Below, piece after piece: positions 29,028 through 40,629 of a stretch of 64,000 nucleotides of DNA (position 1 is its first letter; each line of letters starts with the position of its first letter). The stretch comes from an uncultured Acidobacteriaceae bacterium (GTDB taxonomy: Bacteria; Acidobacteriota; Terriglobia; Terriglobales; Acidobacteriaceae). The translations under genes and the position numbers were made by a program. The stretch spans positions 54,095 through 118,094 of the forward strand of contig CAWHUJ010000009.1 in the NCBI GenBank assembly GCA_963832465.1, written 5' to 3'. The notes below the pieces were generated by a model. That model did no database searches. It had not been told where the DNA came from and saw only the letters and a program-made list of their open reading frames with translations.

Positions 29028-29459
29028 TCAGCGCGAGCTTACTTCCACAAAGAGACCCTTGCTTTGCGCCAGGGTCTTTCCTTCGCTATTGAGAATGTGC
29101 GCTTCTACCCAGTGCTTGCGGCCTTCGCTGCGGACAATGTGACCTTCCATGCGAATCGGAAGCTGCGACGGCACGGGCCGCAGGTAGTCGACCTCCAAAT
29201 GCCTGGTCATCGCATTCAGGCCGCGTGCACGGACTGCCTTGCTCATGGTCTCATCAAGCAGCGTAGCAATGATGCCTCCGTGCAGAAAGCCAGGATGACC
29301 CTCGAAGGAATCGGGAATCGTCACTGGGCAAACTACGGTTCCGTCCTCAGCCAGAAAAAACTCGAGGCGTAATCCGTGGGAGTTTGCCTCGCCGCAGCCG
29401 AAACAGCGATTTTGAGCGGCGTGTGCAAATGGTGTGAGGTTGTCAAAGTGCGGCTTCAT
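29028..29459 (-). CDS. PaaI-family thioesterase
   Basis: CFGCG..N..GL, G.PG.LHGGIIATLLDE, VDYLRPVP. Confidence 0.88.
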   Translation of the reverse strand: MKPHFDNLTPFAHAAQNRCFGCGEANSHGLRLEFFLAEDGTVVCPVTIPDSFEGHPGFLHGGIIATLLDETMSKAVRARGLNAMTRHLEVDYLRPVPSQLPIRMEGHIVRSEGRKHWVEAHILNSEGKTLAQSKGLFVEVSSR

Positions 29460-30424
29460 TGGTGGGGAACCTTTTCTGCGAGCACTTTGGCAAGAAGTGG
29501 AGCGTCAACGTTGCCGCCCGTGAGGATGACACCTACTCTTTGTCCACTGCAACGCGCGCGCTCTCTGACGGCACCTGCGAGTGCCGCAGCGGCCGCTCCC
29601 TCGGCAAGGTTATGCGTGTCACGGTAGTAAATGCGCATAGCTTCGGCGATTTCAGCCTCTGATACTTCGACGATGCGCACCACATTGTCCCAGATCATTT
29701 CCAAAGCATCAGCGCTTGGAGTGCGGCAGGCAAGACCGTCGGCAATTGTATTTGCCGGCGCCTCTATCAGTCGGCGCTGAGAAAAGCTCAGTGCGTAGGA
29801 GGGCGATTCTGCAGCGACGACTCCAATGATCTCTGTGGCAAGCCCCAGTGCATTACGAGCGGCAGCAACGCCGCAGATCGACGAACCGAGACCAATCGGC
29901 ACATAAACCACGTCAAGCGGCGAAGCCGCGTTGAAAAATTCGAGCGCATACGTTGCTGTGCCCATGACCAGCCGCTCGTGAAAGGAATCTACCATCAGGA
30001 ATCCGCGTTGGGCAGCGAGCGTTCGAGCAAATTCTAGCGATTCCTGAAAATCCGATCCATGCTCAATGAGTTCAACGCCCTGCGCCAGCATGGCGCGGTT
30101 CTTTTCACGACTATTGCCATGAGGAACAACGATGACGGCCTCGAAGCCGAATAAACGAGCTGCGAAGCCAACTCCCTGGCCATGGTTGCCGCGCGTGGCT
30201 GCCACGACCCCCGTCAGAGCGGGCTGAGTCTTCCTGAGCCAGTCGGCATAGACGAGAGCTCCTCGAAGTTTGAAGGCTCCTACCGGAGTGTGGTTCTCGT
30301 GCTTGATCCACACTTCAGCGCCGAGACGCTGATTGATGAGCGGCCACGAGTACTGCGGCGTTGGCGAGATGTACCGATAGACGACTTGTTGTGCTTCTTC
30401 AATTTGAGCGAGCGTCGGAAGCAT
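29456..30424 (-). CDS. Threonine/serine dehydratase (PLP)
   Basis: KHENHTPVGAFKLRG, ATRGNHGQ, PIGLGS, ADGLACR, LTGGN. Confidence 0.9.
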   Translation of the reverse strand: MLPTLAQIEEAQQVVYRYISPTPQYSWPLINQRLGAEVWIKHENHTPVGAFKLRGALVYADWLRKTQPALTGVVAATRGNHGQGVGFAARLFGFEAVIVVPHGNSREKNRAMLAQGVELIEHGSDFQESLEFARTLAAQRGFLMVDSFHERLVMGTATYALEFFNAASPLDVVYVPIGLGSSICGVAAARNALGLATEIIGVVAAESPSYALSFSQRRLIEAPANTIADGLACRTPSADALEMIWDNVVRIVEVSEAEIAEAMRIYYRDTHNLAEGAAAAALAGAVRERARCSGQRVGVILTGGNVDAPLLAKVLAEKVPHQ

Positions 30425-30489
30425 TATGCATCCAGCATATCGAACTGGTCGTAACGTACAACGTCCGCGGCACCATAGAATAAGACTCG

Positions 30490-30858
30490 ATGCATCCAGT
30501 CAAACCGCGCGCAATTCGTCTCGTGATTGCTGCAGTCGGTCTCATCTCTGGGTTAACAGCTCTCGCGGGCTGCCATTCCACCCCGGCGCTCACAGCCCAA
30601 GAGACCGAAGGGAAGCATCTTTATCAGGTGCGCTGCGCACATTGCCACGAGGACAACGACCTGCAGCTTAAAAAGGTTCCGCCTAATCTGCGCAATCTTT
30701 CCGCCGACCCTGTTCTTCCTAGCGGCACCCCGAACACGGACCAGAACATTGAGCGGGTCATCCTCGCAGGCAAGGGAATGATGCCCGCTTTCGCCGGAAG
30801 ATTTTCGCAGGATCAGATGGCCGCATTGCTCGCATATCTCCATACCGGCTTGCACTAA
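30490..30858 (+). CDS. Monoheme cytochrome c (probable lipoprotein)
   Basis: Lipobox LAGC, CAHCH, G.GMMPAF. Confidence 0.88.
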   Translation: MHPVKPRAIRLVIAAVGLISGLTALAGCHSTPALTAQETEGKHLYQVRCAHCHEDNDLQLKKVPPNLRNLSADPVLPSGTPNTDQNIERVILAGKGMMPAFAGRFSQDQMAALLAYLHTGLH

Positions 30859-30929
30859 GCTCGGACCCCGTGCTCTGGCGGACTTGCAGTTCATACCGCG
30901 ATTCGCCATGAACTATACTTGGAATTGTT

Positions 30930-32249
30930 ATGGCCGCCGAAAAAACCTTTTATCTTGAAACCTTCGGGTGCCAGATGAATGCCCACGATTCCGAGAAGGT
31001 GGTCGGAACGCTGCAGCAGCAGGGTTATAGGCAGGTCGAATCGGAAGAGGATGCCGGCCTCATCCTCTACAACACTTGTTCAATTCGCGACAAAGCGGAG
31101 CAGAAGGTCTTCCATCGCCTGAATGACTACAAGAAGCTTTACAAGGCGGGCAAACGCTTCGGGGTCCTCGGCTGTGTGGCTCAGCAGGAAGGCGAGAAGA
31201 TCTTCGAACGGGCGCCCTACGTCTCTTTAGTATCAGGTTCAGCTTCGTATAGAAAATTGCCTGAGATGCTTTCACGGCTTGAAGCCGGCGAGAGCCGCAT
31301 CACAGGCCTTGATGACCGCCAGACTGAAGAAACCTTCGAGACAGAGTTTACGGCACGGCAGAATCCCTGTCGTGGGTACATCACGATCATTGAAGGCTGC
31401 GACAAATTCTGCGCTTATTGCGTGGTGCCATACACCCGTGGCAAGGAGCGCAGCCGCGGTGCATCGTCTGTGTTGGCTGAGGCGCGCAGAATTGCCGACC
31501 AGGGATATACGGAGATCCAACTGCTAGGGCAGAACGTCAACAGCTATCAAGATCCAGAAGGGAAGTTGAGCTTCGCTGATCTTTTGGCGGCAGTTGGCCA
31601 AGTGAGCGGCATTCGCCGCGTGCGCTTCACAACTAGCCACCCACGCGACTTCACGCAGGATATCGTCGAGGCAATAGACGCGGTTCCGACCCTCTGCGAT
31701 CATGTGCATCTGCCGATACAGTCCGGCTCATCACGGATCTTAAAACTGATGGCCAGGGAATATACGCGGGAGTGGTATCTCGAACGAATCAGCTGGATCA
31801 AAGCGGCCAGGAGACCCATTTCGCTCTCGACTGACATCATTGTCGGCTTTCCAGGCGAAAACGCCGATGACTTCATTGCCACGATGGACCTGCTGAAGGA
31901 AGTCGAGTACGATTGCGTCTTTGGCTTCAAATACTCGCCGAGACCGAACACGCCGGCTCTGACCATGATCGATTCGATTCCCGAAACAGAAAAGGCGAAG
32001 CGATTACAGGTACTGCTTGAGCGGCAAAGAGATATCCAAAGAGTCAATTTTGCCAGGCACTTAGGCGAAGTAATTGAGGTTATGGTCGAGCATACGAATA
32101 CAGGCCGTGGGCAGATCGCCGGACGCAGCAGTCAGAATAAGCCGGTAAATTTCACGACTACTCAGCCAATTGCGCCTGCGCCAGGCAGTTACGTTCAGGT
32201 GAGGATCACGGCGACATTTCCCAACAGTCTTCTGGGAGAAGCCATCTAA
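30930..32249 (+). CDS. miaB: tRNA-2-methylthio-N6-isopentenyladenosine synthase
   Basis: TFGCQMN, NTCSIR.KAE, EGCDKFCAYCVVP, RVRFTTSHP, TRAM domain. Confidence 0.97.
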   Translation: MAAEKTFYLETFGCQMNAHDSEKVVGTLQQQGYRQVESEEDAGLILYNTCSIRDKAEQKVFHRLNDYKKLYKAGKRFGVLGCVAQQEGEKIFERAPYVSLVSGSASYRKLPEMLSRLEAGESRITGLDDRQTEETFETEFTARQNPCRGYITIIEGCDKFCAYCVVPYTRGKERSRGASSVLAEARRIADQGYTEIQLLGQNVNSYQDPEGKLSFADLLAAVGQVSGIRRVRFTTSHPRDFTQDIVEAIDAVPTLCDHVHLPIQSGSSRILKLMAREYTREWYLERISWIKAARRPISLSTDIIVGFPGENADDFIATMDLLKEVEYDCVFGFKYSPRPNTPALTMIDSIPETEKAKRLQVLLERQRDIQRVNFARHLGEVIEVMVEHTNTGRGQIAGRSSQNKPVNFTTTQPIAPAPGSYVQVRITATFPNSLLGEAI

Positions 32250-32276
32250 CAGGAAGAGTGGCACAGGGAGGGGTCG

Positions 32277-32765
32277 ATGGACATCGAGGTGAGAATTCGC
32301 GGTTTAATGATGGACCCTGCCACCAACATGCCGATCGTTGTACTCAAGGATATTTCCTCCGAAACGGTCATGCCCATCTGGGTGGGGATCTTCGAAGCCA
32401 ATGCCATCGCCATCGAGATCGAAAAGGCCGCGGCACCAAGGCCAATGACGCACGATCTCACTCGCAACCTAATCCATTACTTGAATGGACGACTAGAACG
32501 TGTGGTTATTACAGAACTTCGCGATGACACGTTTTTCGCCACTCTGTGGCTCCGTCAAGATGATGAAGAGCTGGCGGTAGATGCGCGGCCCTCGGACGCC
32601 ATCGCGCTCGCCCTGCGGGCTGATTGTCCAATATACGTGTCTGAGCAGGTGATGCAGTCAGCGAAGTTGAATACCTCAGGCCCACCAGAAGGGCCGAATG
32701 CTGAACAGATACGTGGCTGGCTCGAAGGCCTGAACGATGAGGATATGGGCCGCTACAAGATGTAA
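32277..32765 (+). CDS. Bifunctional nuclease (DUF151) family protein
   Basis: PIWVG.FEANAIA, RPMTHDL, DARPSDAIALALR. Confidence 0.92.
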   Translation: MDIEVRIRGLMMDPATNMPIVVLKDISSETVMPIWVGIFEANAIAIEIEKAAAPRPMTHDLTRNLIHYLNGRLERVVITELRDDTFFATLWLRQDDEELAVDARPSDAIALALRADCPIYVSEQVMQSAKLNTSGPPEGPNAEQIRGWLEGLNDEDMGRYKM

Positions 32766-33044
32766 CCGCGGCACCTGAGCCGCAAAGAATATTTTACCCA
32801 ATGCCTGGAAGGAAGGAGGGGGGGGGGAGCCTTGTGAGCGCCTGAGAGGCGGGCAGGCAGTATCTTGTTGAAAAGTGGAAGATTGTAGATAACAGAATAT
32901 CCGTTATCGGACATCCAGAATCCACACTTTGGCAGCAGGCCTCTTGTTGGTGCGACTGCAAACCTCACATGTTCGCCGACTTTCCCTCGGAAATCCCGCG
33001 TGCAGGGATTATCGTTTTCAGGAATCCGAACAACAAGGGGAATA

Positions 33045-34230
33045 ATGACGCGATCTATTCTCGCATTGGTTTTCTTTGCGGCAGTGGCGCCCATGCGTTC
33101 CAGGTCGCCTCTATGATCCAATCGGCGAAGTTATTGCCCGCCACCTGAGAGCCTGTCGTTGAATCTGTGACAAGATTGAGGGCCCTATTCGTAAAGATCG
33201 CGCGGACCCCTCGGAACATGTTTCCGTTCGCCCAGCCACCGTTCGTCGCACTGAGAGTGAGCGTCGTACCCATGCCAACCGTGACGAGCCCATCCACCTC
33301 AAGAAAGCCCGTCCCGAGCGAGTTCGCGTTGACAGAGGAAACAGAAAGCGCCGTGCCAGCGTTCGCTCGTTGACTTGTAAGCCCATCTGAATTGATGAAG
33401 CTGAGATTATGTAGCCGAGTGTCGATTAAACCGCCTCGCCATACGCTCTGAGTGATGGTAGCGGCCACTACTGTGCCGCTGTAGTTCGCATTTAGCTTGA
33501 ATCGGCATCCGTCAAGTGAAACGTGTTCATTCACTACCAGCATGTCCATGGATTCTGACGCAGGCACGAAATCGGTGGCCGGGGAACAACTATCACCCTG
33601 CGCGCGCGCGAAGGAGCCACACCGGCACAGCCATCACTTACAGTGGAACTCAGCCGATCAAGCTTAATCACTACAATGGCTGGCAGGTATGGGACACGCC
33701 AATCCGGGTGGATAGATCAAACTCGGCAGCAACGCAGAACTATTTTGTTGGCCAAGCCAAACAACGCCGGGCCGCCACTGATAGGAGACGGGAACTGGTA
33801 CGTAAATATAGGCGTGAGCGATTTTTACCTCGGTCAAGTGAGCACGAACGTTGGATTCAGAATGGGCGCCAATTGGTTTCTGTCCACTGCGGCATCGGCG
33901 AGGCAGTATTTTTCGAACTCTGCGGCTGCCGACATGATTATTAGCGCCGGCAATGGATCAGGCGGAACGCGGCTGCTCCTTGGAACGAAGCAGGGTGGAA
34001 ATGCGGTTGTGATCGATGGCTCGAACAACATGACCTTGCCAGCGGCCCTACATGGACCAACGGGAGGCAAAGAAATTGATGCCAGCGCGAATATTTTTGC
34101 AGGCTACGGCACAAACGTCGTATACCGTTGCACCGTCGCGGGCTCGCAACTCCCTGTTGGTGCGTTGACTATAGAGGTGGAGGACTGCGGAGCAAACGGA
34201 GCCGCCGACACGGGATTGAGGGTGAAATAA
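33045..34230. pseudogene. Rearranged, degraded secreted beta-helix-like protein gene
   Basis: Plus-strand RBS and signal-peptide stub (33045-33116); minus-strand Asn/Gly-rich beta-helix-like fragment (~33100-33515); plus-strand frameshifted continuation (~33530-34230). Confidence 0.5.
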
Positions 34231-34468
34231 ACGCTCCATTGGGATGTGGGCGGAGATGTCGAAGGTTTCGAGATGCGGCAAAACACGCTGCGCCAGAGTG
34301 GCATCGCATTCCGTTACCGCCTCGGAATCGAAGGTGCGCCGCGACGAGACAGCTGGATGACGGTAGCGAGGTTGCGCGCAGAAACCAAAGCCGCCAATCC
34401 ATTAACCCTGGATGAAAAAGTCTTAGGACTCCCGGCAGCTGCTATCGTTACCGCCATCATCACGATTT

Positions 34469-35536
34469 CTAATTACGAATGTCTGCGAGGAGTGTCTCGA
34501 CTTCTCTCTTTTGCTTGGCTGAAAGCGGGGTCAGCGGCAGGCGCGGATGGCCTCCGTAGTAGCCATTGAAGTCGCACGCGTACTTGATACCGCTGATACC
34601 AAGATCACCACCGATGCGTTTGGCGGGCAAGTCGATTCGTTCCTGTTTCTCACGTGCCAGTTTCAAATCATGATCTTTCCATGCGAAGTAGACCTCCTGG
34701 CACGCCTGCGGTGCGCAGGCGGCGAAGCCGAGGATAGCGCCTGCGGCTCCAGCCTCAATCGAATCCAGTATGGTGGATGCCGCACCGGTCAGAACCTGAA
34801 AGCCGACTTCCCTACTGCGCGTCTTCACCGATGATTGCACACGCGTCGCGATGGCCACACCAGCGGCATCACCAGCAAGCTCGGTGAGAGACACGAACGA
34901 CGATGCGTCGGAGTCTGCGGCGGCTGGACGCAGCATGCGCTGCGTGACCGCCTCGAAGATCGATGTGACGGCAACAGTGCGACGCGGCGCGTCGGCGGTT
35001 GCGGCTATGAGAGCCTTGATTCGCTCCATGCTTCCGGTCGAATCCTTGATCCCAATGATGTTGGGATGCTGCGCAAGTTCACGCACAATCTCGATGGGGA
35101 TCTGATAGGGCACAAATTTGGGTATGTTGTAGAGAAGTACCGGAAGAGGCGATCTGTCGGCCACGCTACGAAAATAATTGACGACCACTTCCGGCGTCAT
35201 CTGCGGCGCGTAGTAGGTCGGCGTGCGAACCAGAACCGCATCGAATTGGAACTGGGCTGCTGTCTCAGCAAGTTCTACCGTTGACTTCGCACTCTCGCGT
35301 CCTACTCCCGCGATTAGCACTTTCTCAGGCGCGGCAGCGTCGGCAGCGGTCCGCAAAACCTCTCGGGTCTCGTCGTCGTCAAGGGTCGCGGATTCCCCGG
35401 TTGAACCCAGTACGACCATGCCGGCCAGCAGGCTGCGCGAGTAGCGAGCGACATTTGCTTCCAACTTGCGAAAGTAAACGCGTTCATCTGGATAGAACGG
35501 CGTAGTGATGGCAGCGAAAATGCCTTCGATCAGCAT
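34469..35536 (-). CDS. Dihydrodipicolinate synthase (DapA)-family aldolase
   Basis: TTPF, LGSTGE, VLLYNIP, IIGIKDS; ~55-aa insertion after the Schiff-base Lys region. Confidence 0.88.
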   Translation of the reverse strand: MLIEGIFAAITTPFYPDERVYFRKLEANVARYSRSLLAGMVVLGSTGESATLDDDETREVLRTAADAAAPEKVLIAGVGRESAKSTVELAETAAQFQFDAVLVRTPTYYAPQMTPEVVVNYFRSVADRSPLPVLLYNIPKFVPYQIPIEIVRELAQHPNIIGIKDSTGSMERIKALIAATADAPRRTVAVTSIFEAVTQRMLRPAAADSDASSFVSLTELAGDAAGVAIATRVQSSVKTRSREVGFQVLTGAASTILDSIEAGAAGAILGFAACAPQACQEVYFAWKDHDLKLAREKQERIDLPAKRIGGDLGISGIKYACDFNGYYGGHPRLPLTPLSAKQKREVETLLADIRN

Positions 35537-35575
35537 GCTCTCATTGTAAAACCGACAACTCTCGCATCCCCAAAG

Positions 35576-38500
35576 TCATTCCCGAGTTGAGGCGGTTTCC
35601 ATGTGCAAGTGCTGCAAGGCATAGACGGTTGTCTGGCGTCGCTGCATCGCGGCGATCCCCTCCACTGCCGCCTGCGCCGCAGCAATAGTCGTAATGGTGG
35701 GTATACGCGCAAGCACAGCTGCACGGCGGATCGCCTTCTCGTCGAAAAATGTCTCCTGCCCACGCGGTGTGTTCACGACGAGCTGAATCCGATCGCCCTT
35801 GATCAGGTCAACAACGTTCGGTCGGCCTTCTTTTACTTTGAAGACGCGTTCAACCGCCATACCTGCTCTCTCCAGAACATTGGCAGTGCCCTCGGTTGCT
35901 ACTAGTTTGAATCCAAGTTGCACATAACGGCGAGCGAGTTCCACGGCAGCCTGCTTGTCGTGATCATTCACGCTGAAGAAGAGCGTGCCCATCGTCGGCA
36001 GCACCTGCCCTGCAGACAGCTGAGCCTTGGCGAAAGCTTCGCCGAAGCTGGAGGCGACGCCCATCACTTCGCCCGTGGATTTCATTTCCGGCCCGAGTAC
36101 CGTATCCACTCCGGCAAACTTCGCCCACGGGAAAACTGGAGACTTCACGTAGTAGTGTGTGCCGACATCAAGATCCTTGCCACTCGCGAGTTGCTGCGGC
36201 AGCAGTTCCTTCAGTGTCTTGCCCGTCATCAGGCGCGAAGCGATCTTCGCCAGCGGAATTCCGGTCGCTTTTGAGACGTACGGCACAGTGCGTGAGGCGC
36301 GAGGGTTGACCTCGATGACGTAGACCTGATCGCGATCATCTGCATCTCGCTGGATTGCGAATTGAAGGTTTACGAGTCCGACTACCTTGAGAGCGAGAGC
36401 GAGTTTCCGCGTGTAGTTGCGCAGCGTTTCAAGCGTTTCTTCGCGAATGCTCACTGCCGGCAGCACGCAAGAGGAGTCACCTGAGTGGATTCCAGCCTCT
36501 TCGATGTGCTGCATGATGCCAGCGATAATGACATCTTTGGAATCGCAGAGCGCGTCAATATCAACTTCGATAGCGTTCTCAAGGAAATGGTCGATGAGCA
36601 CTGGCCTTTCTTGAGAATACTCAACCGCTTCGCGCATGTACTGCGACACGCTGGCTGCGTCGTAAGCAAGCACCATGGCGCGGCCTCCGAGCACATAGCT
36701 GGGTCGAACGAGTACAGGGTACCCGACGCGATCCGCTACCGCCAGGGCCTCTTCAATGCTTGTGGCAGTGCCTCCGGCCGGCTGAGGAATCTTCAGGTCC
36801 TCAAGGAGCTTTCCAAAGCGCTTCCGGTCCTCGGCCAGATCGATCGATTCGGGAGAGGTGCCGATAATGGGCACGCCGGCTGCACGCAAACGCCCGGCAA
36901 GATTAAGCGGCGTCTGCCCACCAAACTGCACAATCATGCCAATCTCTGCGCCGGACTGTGCTTCATGGTTGTAGACAGCCAGAACGTCTTCAAGCGTGAG
37001 CGGCTCAAAGTACAGACGATCGCTGGTGTCATAGTCCGTTGAAACGGTTTCAGGGTTGCAATTCACCATGATCGTTTCGTAGCCGTCTTCCTTGAGTGCA
37101 AAGGAGGCGTGGCAGCAGCAATAGTCAAACTCGATTCCCTGGCCAATGCGATTCGGCCCCGAGCCGAGAATAATGATCTTCGGCCTGTCGGTCGGCGGAG
37201 CTTCGTCCTCCTCGTCGTAAGTCGAGTAGAGGTATGGCGTCATCGATTCGAATTCAGCAGCGCAGGTATCCACCAACTTGAAGACCGGTTTGACGCCCTT
37301 GCTCTCGCGCAGTTCCCTCACCCGCCGAATACCCTCATGTCCCTCGAGCTTCCATTCCGTCGCGATGCGCTCGTCGCTCAAGCCGTATCGCTTCAGCTTA
37401 CGAAGATCTTCGGCCCTGATCGTGTCAGGTGTTGTTTCTGAGATCCCCTTCTGCGCGAGCGTAATTTCACGAAGCTGATGCAGGAACCACGGATCCATAC
37501 CGGTGAGGCGAGCCACCTCGCGCACAGTCATGCCGCGCTCAAAGGCAAATCGGATATAGCCGAGCCTCTCCGGACGCGGCGTTACGAGCATCTGCGTCAG
37601 ACGGCGCGGATCAAGCACCTCTGCGCCTGTCTTCTTGCCCGTCTCCAGCGCGCGCCATGCTTTCATCAGCGCTTCCTTGAAGGTGCGGCCCATGGCCATC
37701 ACTTCGCCCACCGACTTCATCTGCGGGCCCAGCACGTCATCTGCGCCGGGAAACTTCTCGAATTGCCATTTGGGAATCTTGACGACGACGTAGTCGATGG
37801 TCGGTTCGAAGCATGCCGGTGTTTTCCGCGTGATGTCGTTCGGAATTTCATCCAGGGTATAGCCCACGGCAAGCTTAGCCGCGATCTTGGCGATAGGAAA
37901 ACCCGTAGCCTTCGATGCGAGCGCCGAGGAACGTGAAACGCGAGGGTTCATCTCAATTACGGTCATGCGCCCGTCGACGGGATTCACCGCAAACTGCACA
38001 TTCGATCCGCCGGTTTCGACGCCAATCTCGCGCATCACGGCAAGCGCAGCATCGCGCATCTTCTGGTATTCACGATCCGTGAGGGTCTGCGCAGGCGCTA
38101 CGGTAATGGAGTCTCCCGTATGAACGCCCATGGGGTCAAAGTTCTCAATGGAGCAGATGATGATGACGTTATCTGCAAGATCACGCATCACCTCGAGCTC
38201 ATACTCCTTCCAACCCAGCACGCTCTCTTCGATCAGGCACTCGTGCACGGGCGAGAGATCGAGACCACGCGCGAGAATTTCCATCAATTCTTCGCGATTG
38301 TAGGCAATGCCGCCGCCGGAGCCGCCCAGGGTAAAGCTTGGGCGGATCAGAACAGGAAAGCCGATCTTGCTGGCGAAGTCGAGCCCATCGCGTAGATTAT
38401 TCACGAGCGCAGACTTTGAGACCTCGAGGCCGATGCGGATCATCGCGTCCTTGAAAAGCAGACGGTCCTCAGCCTTCTTGATCGCCTCAAGTTTTGCGCC

Positions 38501-38878
38501 GATCAGTTCGACGTTGTAGCGATCGAGAACGCCGGCGTCGGCAAGGTCTACGGCCAGATTAAGGGCCGTTTGCCCGCCGACTGTTGGCAGCAGCGCAAAC
38601 TTGCCTGAATCCGGCTTCCCTGCGAGCATCTCCGATTCAATGCGAATGATTTCTTCGACGTATTCGCGGGTAAGCGGCTCAATGTAGGTACGGTCAGCAA
38701 GCTCTGGGTCGGTCATGATGGTGGCCGGGTTTGAATTCACCAGCACCACCTCATAGCCTTCCTGCTTGAGCGCCTTGCATGCCTGCGTTCCGGAGTAGTC
38801 GAACTCCGCTGATTGGCCGATCACAATCGGACCCGAGCCGATCACGAGGATCTTCTGAATGTCATTTCTACGTGGCAT
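35576..38878 (-). CDS. carB: Carbamoyl-phosphate synthase large subunit
   Basis: [22 protein letters not shown], duplicated ATP-grasp domains, MGS domain. Confidence 0.98.
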   Translation of the reverse strand: MPRRNDIQKILVIGSGPIVIGQSAEFDYSGTQACKALKQEGYEVVLVNSNPATIMTDPELADRTYIEPLTREYVEEIIRIESEMLAGKPDSGKFALLPTVGGQTALNLAVDLADAGVLDRYNVELIGAKLEAIKKAEDRLLFKDAMIRIGLEVSKSALVNNLRDGLDFASKIGFPVLIRPSFTLGGSGGGIAYNREELMEILARGLDLSPVHECLIEESVLGWKEYELEVMRDLADNVIIICSIENFDPMGVHTGDSITVAPAQTLTDREYQKMRDAALAVMREIGVETGGSNVQFAVNPVDGRMTVIEMNPRVSRSSALASKATGFPIAKIAAKLAVGYTLDEIPNDITRKTPACFEPTIDYVVVKIPKWQFEKFPGADDVLGPQMKSVGEVMAMGRTFKEALMKAWRALETGKKTGAEVLDPRRLTQMLVTPRPERLGYIRFAFERGMTVREVARLTGMDPWFLHQLREITLAQKGISETTPDTIRAEDLRKLKRYGLSDERIATEWKLEGHEGIRRVRELRESKGVKPVFKLVDTCAAEFESMTPYLYSTYDEEDEAPPTDRPKIIILGSGPNRIGQGIEFDYCCCHASFALKEDGYETIMVNCNPETVSTDYDTSDRLYFEPLTLEDVLAVYNHEAQSGAEIGMIVQFGGQTPLNLAGRLRAAGVPIIGTSPESIDLAEDRKRFGKLLEDLKIPQPAGGTATSIEEALAVADRVGYPVLVRPSYVLGGRAMVLAYDAASVSQYMREAVEYSQERPVLIDHFLENAIEVDIDALCDSKDVIIAGIMQHIEEAGIHSGDSSCVLPAVSIREETLETLRNYTRKLALALKVVGLVNLQFAIQRDADDRDQVYVIEVNPRASRTVPYVSKATGIPLAKIASRLMTGKTLKELLPQQLASGKDLDVGTHYYVKSPVFPWAKFAGVDTVLGPEMKSTGEVMGVASSFGEAFAKAQLSAGQVLPTMGTLFFSVNDHDKQAAVELARRYVQLGFKLVATEGTANVLERAGMAVERVFKVKEGRPNVVDLIKGDRIQLVVNTPRGQETFFDEKAIRRAAVLARIPTITTIAAAQAAVEGIAAMQRRQTTVYALQHLHMETASTRE

Positions 38879-38896
38879 TTCTTAGTGTGTCCTGAT

Positions 38897-39397
38897 TCAG
38901 TGTTTATTCAGTTTCCGAAGAGCCTTGTTGAAATCTTGCCTGCTGGTAAAGATGGATGAGCATGCATCCGTACAGGCGCCGGGTCCAAGAATCACGTACA
39001 GCTTCTTGTTCTCTGCGAGCGTCAGCAATTCCATCCGAACAATAATTTGGCGTGCAGCCGGTGCATCCTTTGAGCGCTCCACCTGGAAGAGGTACTCTCC
39101 CGAAGCGTGATCGATGCGAAAGTCGCCACGATGATCGGTGTGCGTGCTCATTAGCACCTTGTTGTCTCGCGATAGCGTGACGTTGAGGTCCGGCGCCGCC
39201 TTGCCGAAGCTGTCGACAACCACACCCTCCACCGAGGTAAGACGAATCGGGCCATTCGTTTCAAGCTGGGCATCGCACGGCGGACATGCTAGAACGCAGA
39301 GCAGCGCAACCCCGCTTACGTAGCCCAAAAAACAGCGGAGCCTGGGCCCCGCTGGATAACGAAAACTCAACTTTTGCTGCAGAGTCATCCCTTCCAC
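38897..39397 (-). CDS. Hypothetical secreted protein (carboxypeptidase-regulatory-like beta-sandwich)
   Basis: Hydrophobic N-terminus, VEGVVVD..G.A.P...VTL, TD.RGDF.I...SGEY. Start uncertain. Confidence 0.6.
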   Translation of the reverse strand: MEGMTLQQKLSFRYPAGPRLRCFLGYVSGVALLCVLACPPCDAQLETNGPIRLTSVEGVVVDSFGKAAPDLNVTLSRDNKVLMSTHTDHRGDFRIDHASGEYLFQVERSKDAPAARQIIVRMELLTLAENKKLYVILGPGACTDACSSIFTSRQDFNKALRKLNKH

Positions 39398-40524
39398 TCC
39401 TCCATCAGCTTGCGGAAGTCGCGAAAGAGATAGTGCGAATCATGCGGCCCTGGAGCCGCTTCGGGGTGATACTGCACGCTAAAGAGTGGCAGCGTCTTGT
39501 GGCGAAGCCCTTCGAGCGTCTGGTCATTCAAGTCAACGTGAGTGAGTTCCACCTCGTTGGCGTTGATCGAATCGGGGTCGACAGCGAAGTTATGGTTGTG
39601 CGCCGTAATCTCGACCTTGCCTGTGAGATTGTTGCGTACCGGATGATTGCCGCCGTGATGGCCAAACTTCAGCTTGTAAGTGCGTCCGCCCAGAGCCAAT
39701 CCGCAAAGTTGGTGCCCCAGGCAAATTCCAAATACAGGCACGCGGCCCATCATGTCGCGAATGGCTTTGACCGCGTAGTCGACCGGCTCAGGGTCACCCG
39801 GCCCGTTGGACAGAAAGACACCGTCCGGCTTCAACGCAAGCACTTCGTCCGCTGTCGTCTGCGCGGGAACCACTGTGACGCGTGTTCCTTCGCGGGTGAG
39901 CATGCGCAAGATGTTCTGCTTGATGCCGAAGTCATAGGCCACGACGTGCAGCAGCTTGCGATCCGGATCTGACGCACCCGGCAGCAGCGGATCGCCGCTC
40001 TGATTGCGGCTGTCATTGGAGTCAAAGCTGTAGATGGCCTTCGTCGAGACAACTTTGGCCAGGTCCGTGCCGTCCATCTTGCGAATGCTTCTTGCCTTTT
40101 CGATGAGGGCTTCCGGGTTTGAGATGTCGGTCGAAATCACGCCGCGCATCACGCCGTTGTTGCGCAGATGGCGCACCAGCGCGCGAGTGTCAATCTCGGC
40201 AAGTACGGGCACGGCATACCGTTCCATGTACTCGTCCGTGACTTGCTCGGAGCGCCAGTTCGAGCTGATCGCGGAGAACTCCCGCACGATCAGACCTTCA
40301 ATGAACGGCTTCGCGGCCTCATTGTCGGCACGGTTCGTCCCGTAGTTGCCGATTTGAGGGTTAGTAAGAACGACGATTTGTCCGGCGTAGGAGGGATCGG
40401 TGGCGATTTCCTGATAACCGGTTAAAGAAGTGTTGAAAACAACTTCACCCTGGCATTCACCAGGTGCGCCATGTGCCTGGCCGAGGAAGATGCGCCCGTC
40501 TTCGAGCGCCAGCATTGCCTGCAT
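39385..40524 (-). CDS. carA: Carbamoyl-phosphate synthase small subunit
   Basis: [37 protein letters not shown]. Confidence 0.98.
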   Translation of the reverse strand: MQAMLALEDGRIFLGQAHGAPGECQGEVVFNTSLTGYQEIATDPSYAGQIVVLTNPQIGNYGTNRADNEAAKPFIEGLIVREFSAISSNWRSEQVTDEYMERYAVPVLAEIDTRALVRHLRNNGVMRGVISTDISNPEALIEKARSIRKMDGTDLAKVVSTKAIYSFDSNDSRNQSGDPLLPGASDPDRKLLHVVAYDFGIKQNILRMLTREGTRVTVVPAQTTADEVLALKPDGVFLSNGPGDPEPVDYAVKAIRDMMGRVPVFGICLGHQLCGLALGGRTYKLKFGHHGGNHPVRNNLTGKVEITAHNHNFAVDPDSINANEVELTHVDLNDQTLEGLRHKTLPLFSVQYHPEAAPGPHDSHYLFRDFRKLMEEWKG

Positions 40525-40629
40525 TGCCGCTCCATAGGAGTGGATTCAATAGATTTTAGCAGAAGCGGAGCGTTCTCTCCTAGCGCTGCACGTGTGATTT
40601 GGGCGGTGGCAGCTTCTATACTGCCTGCA

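Noticed and set aside
34246-34569. 107-aa ORF after the beta-helix remnant
   Set aside because: Overlaps the dapA-like 3' end by 100 bp, with no motif or clear RBS; probably spurious.
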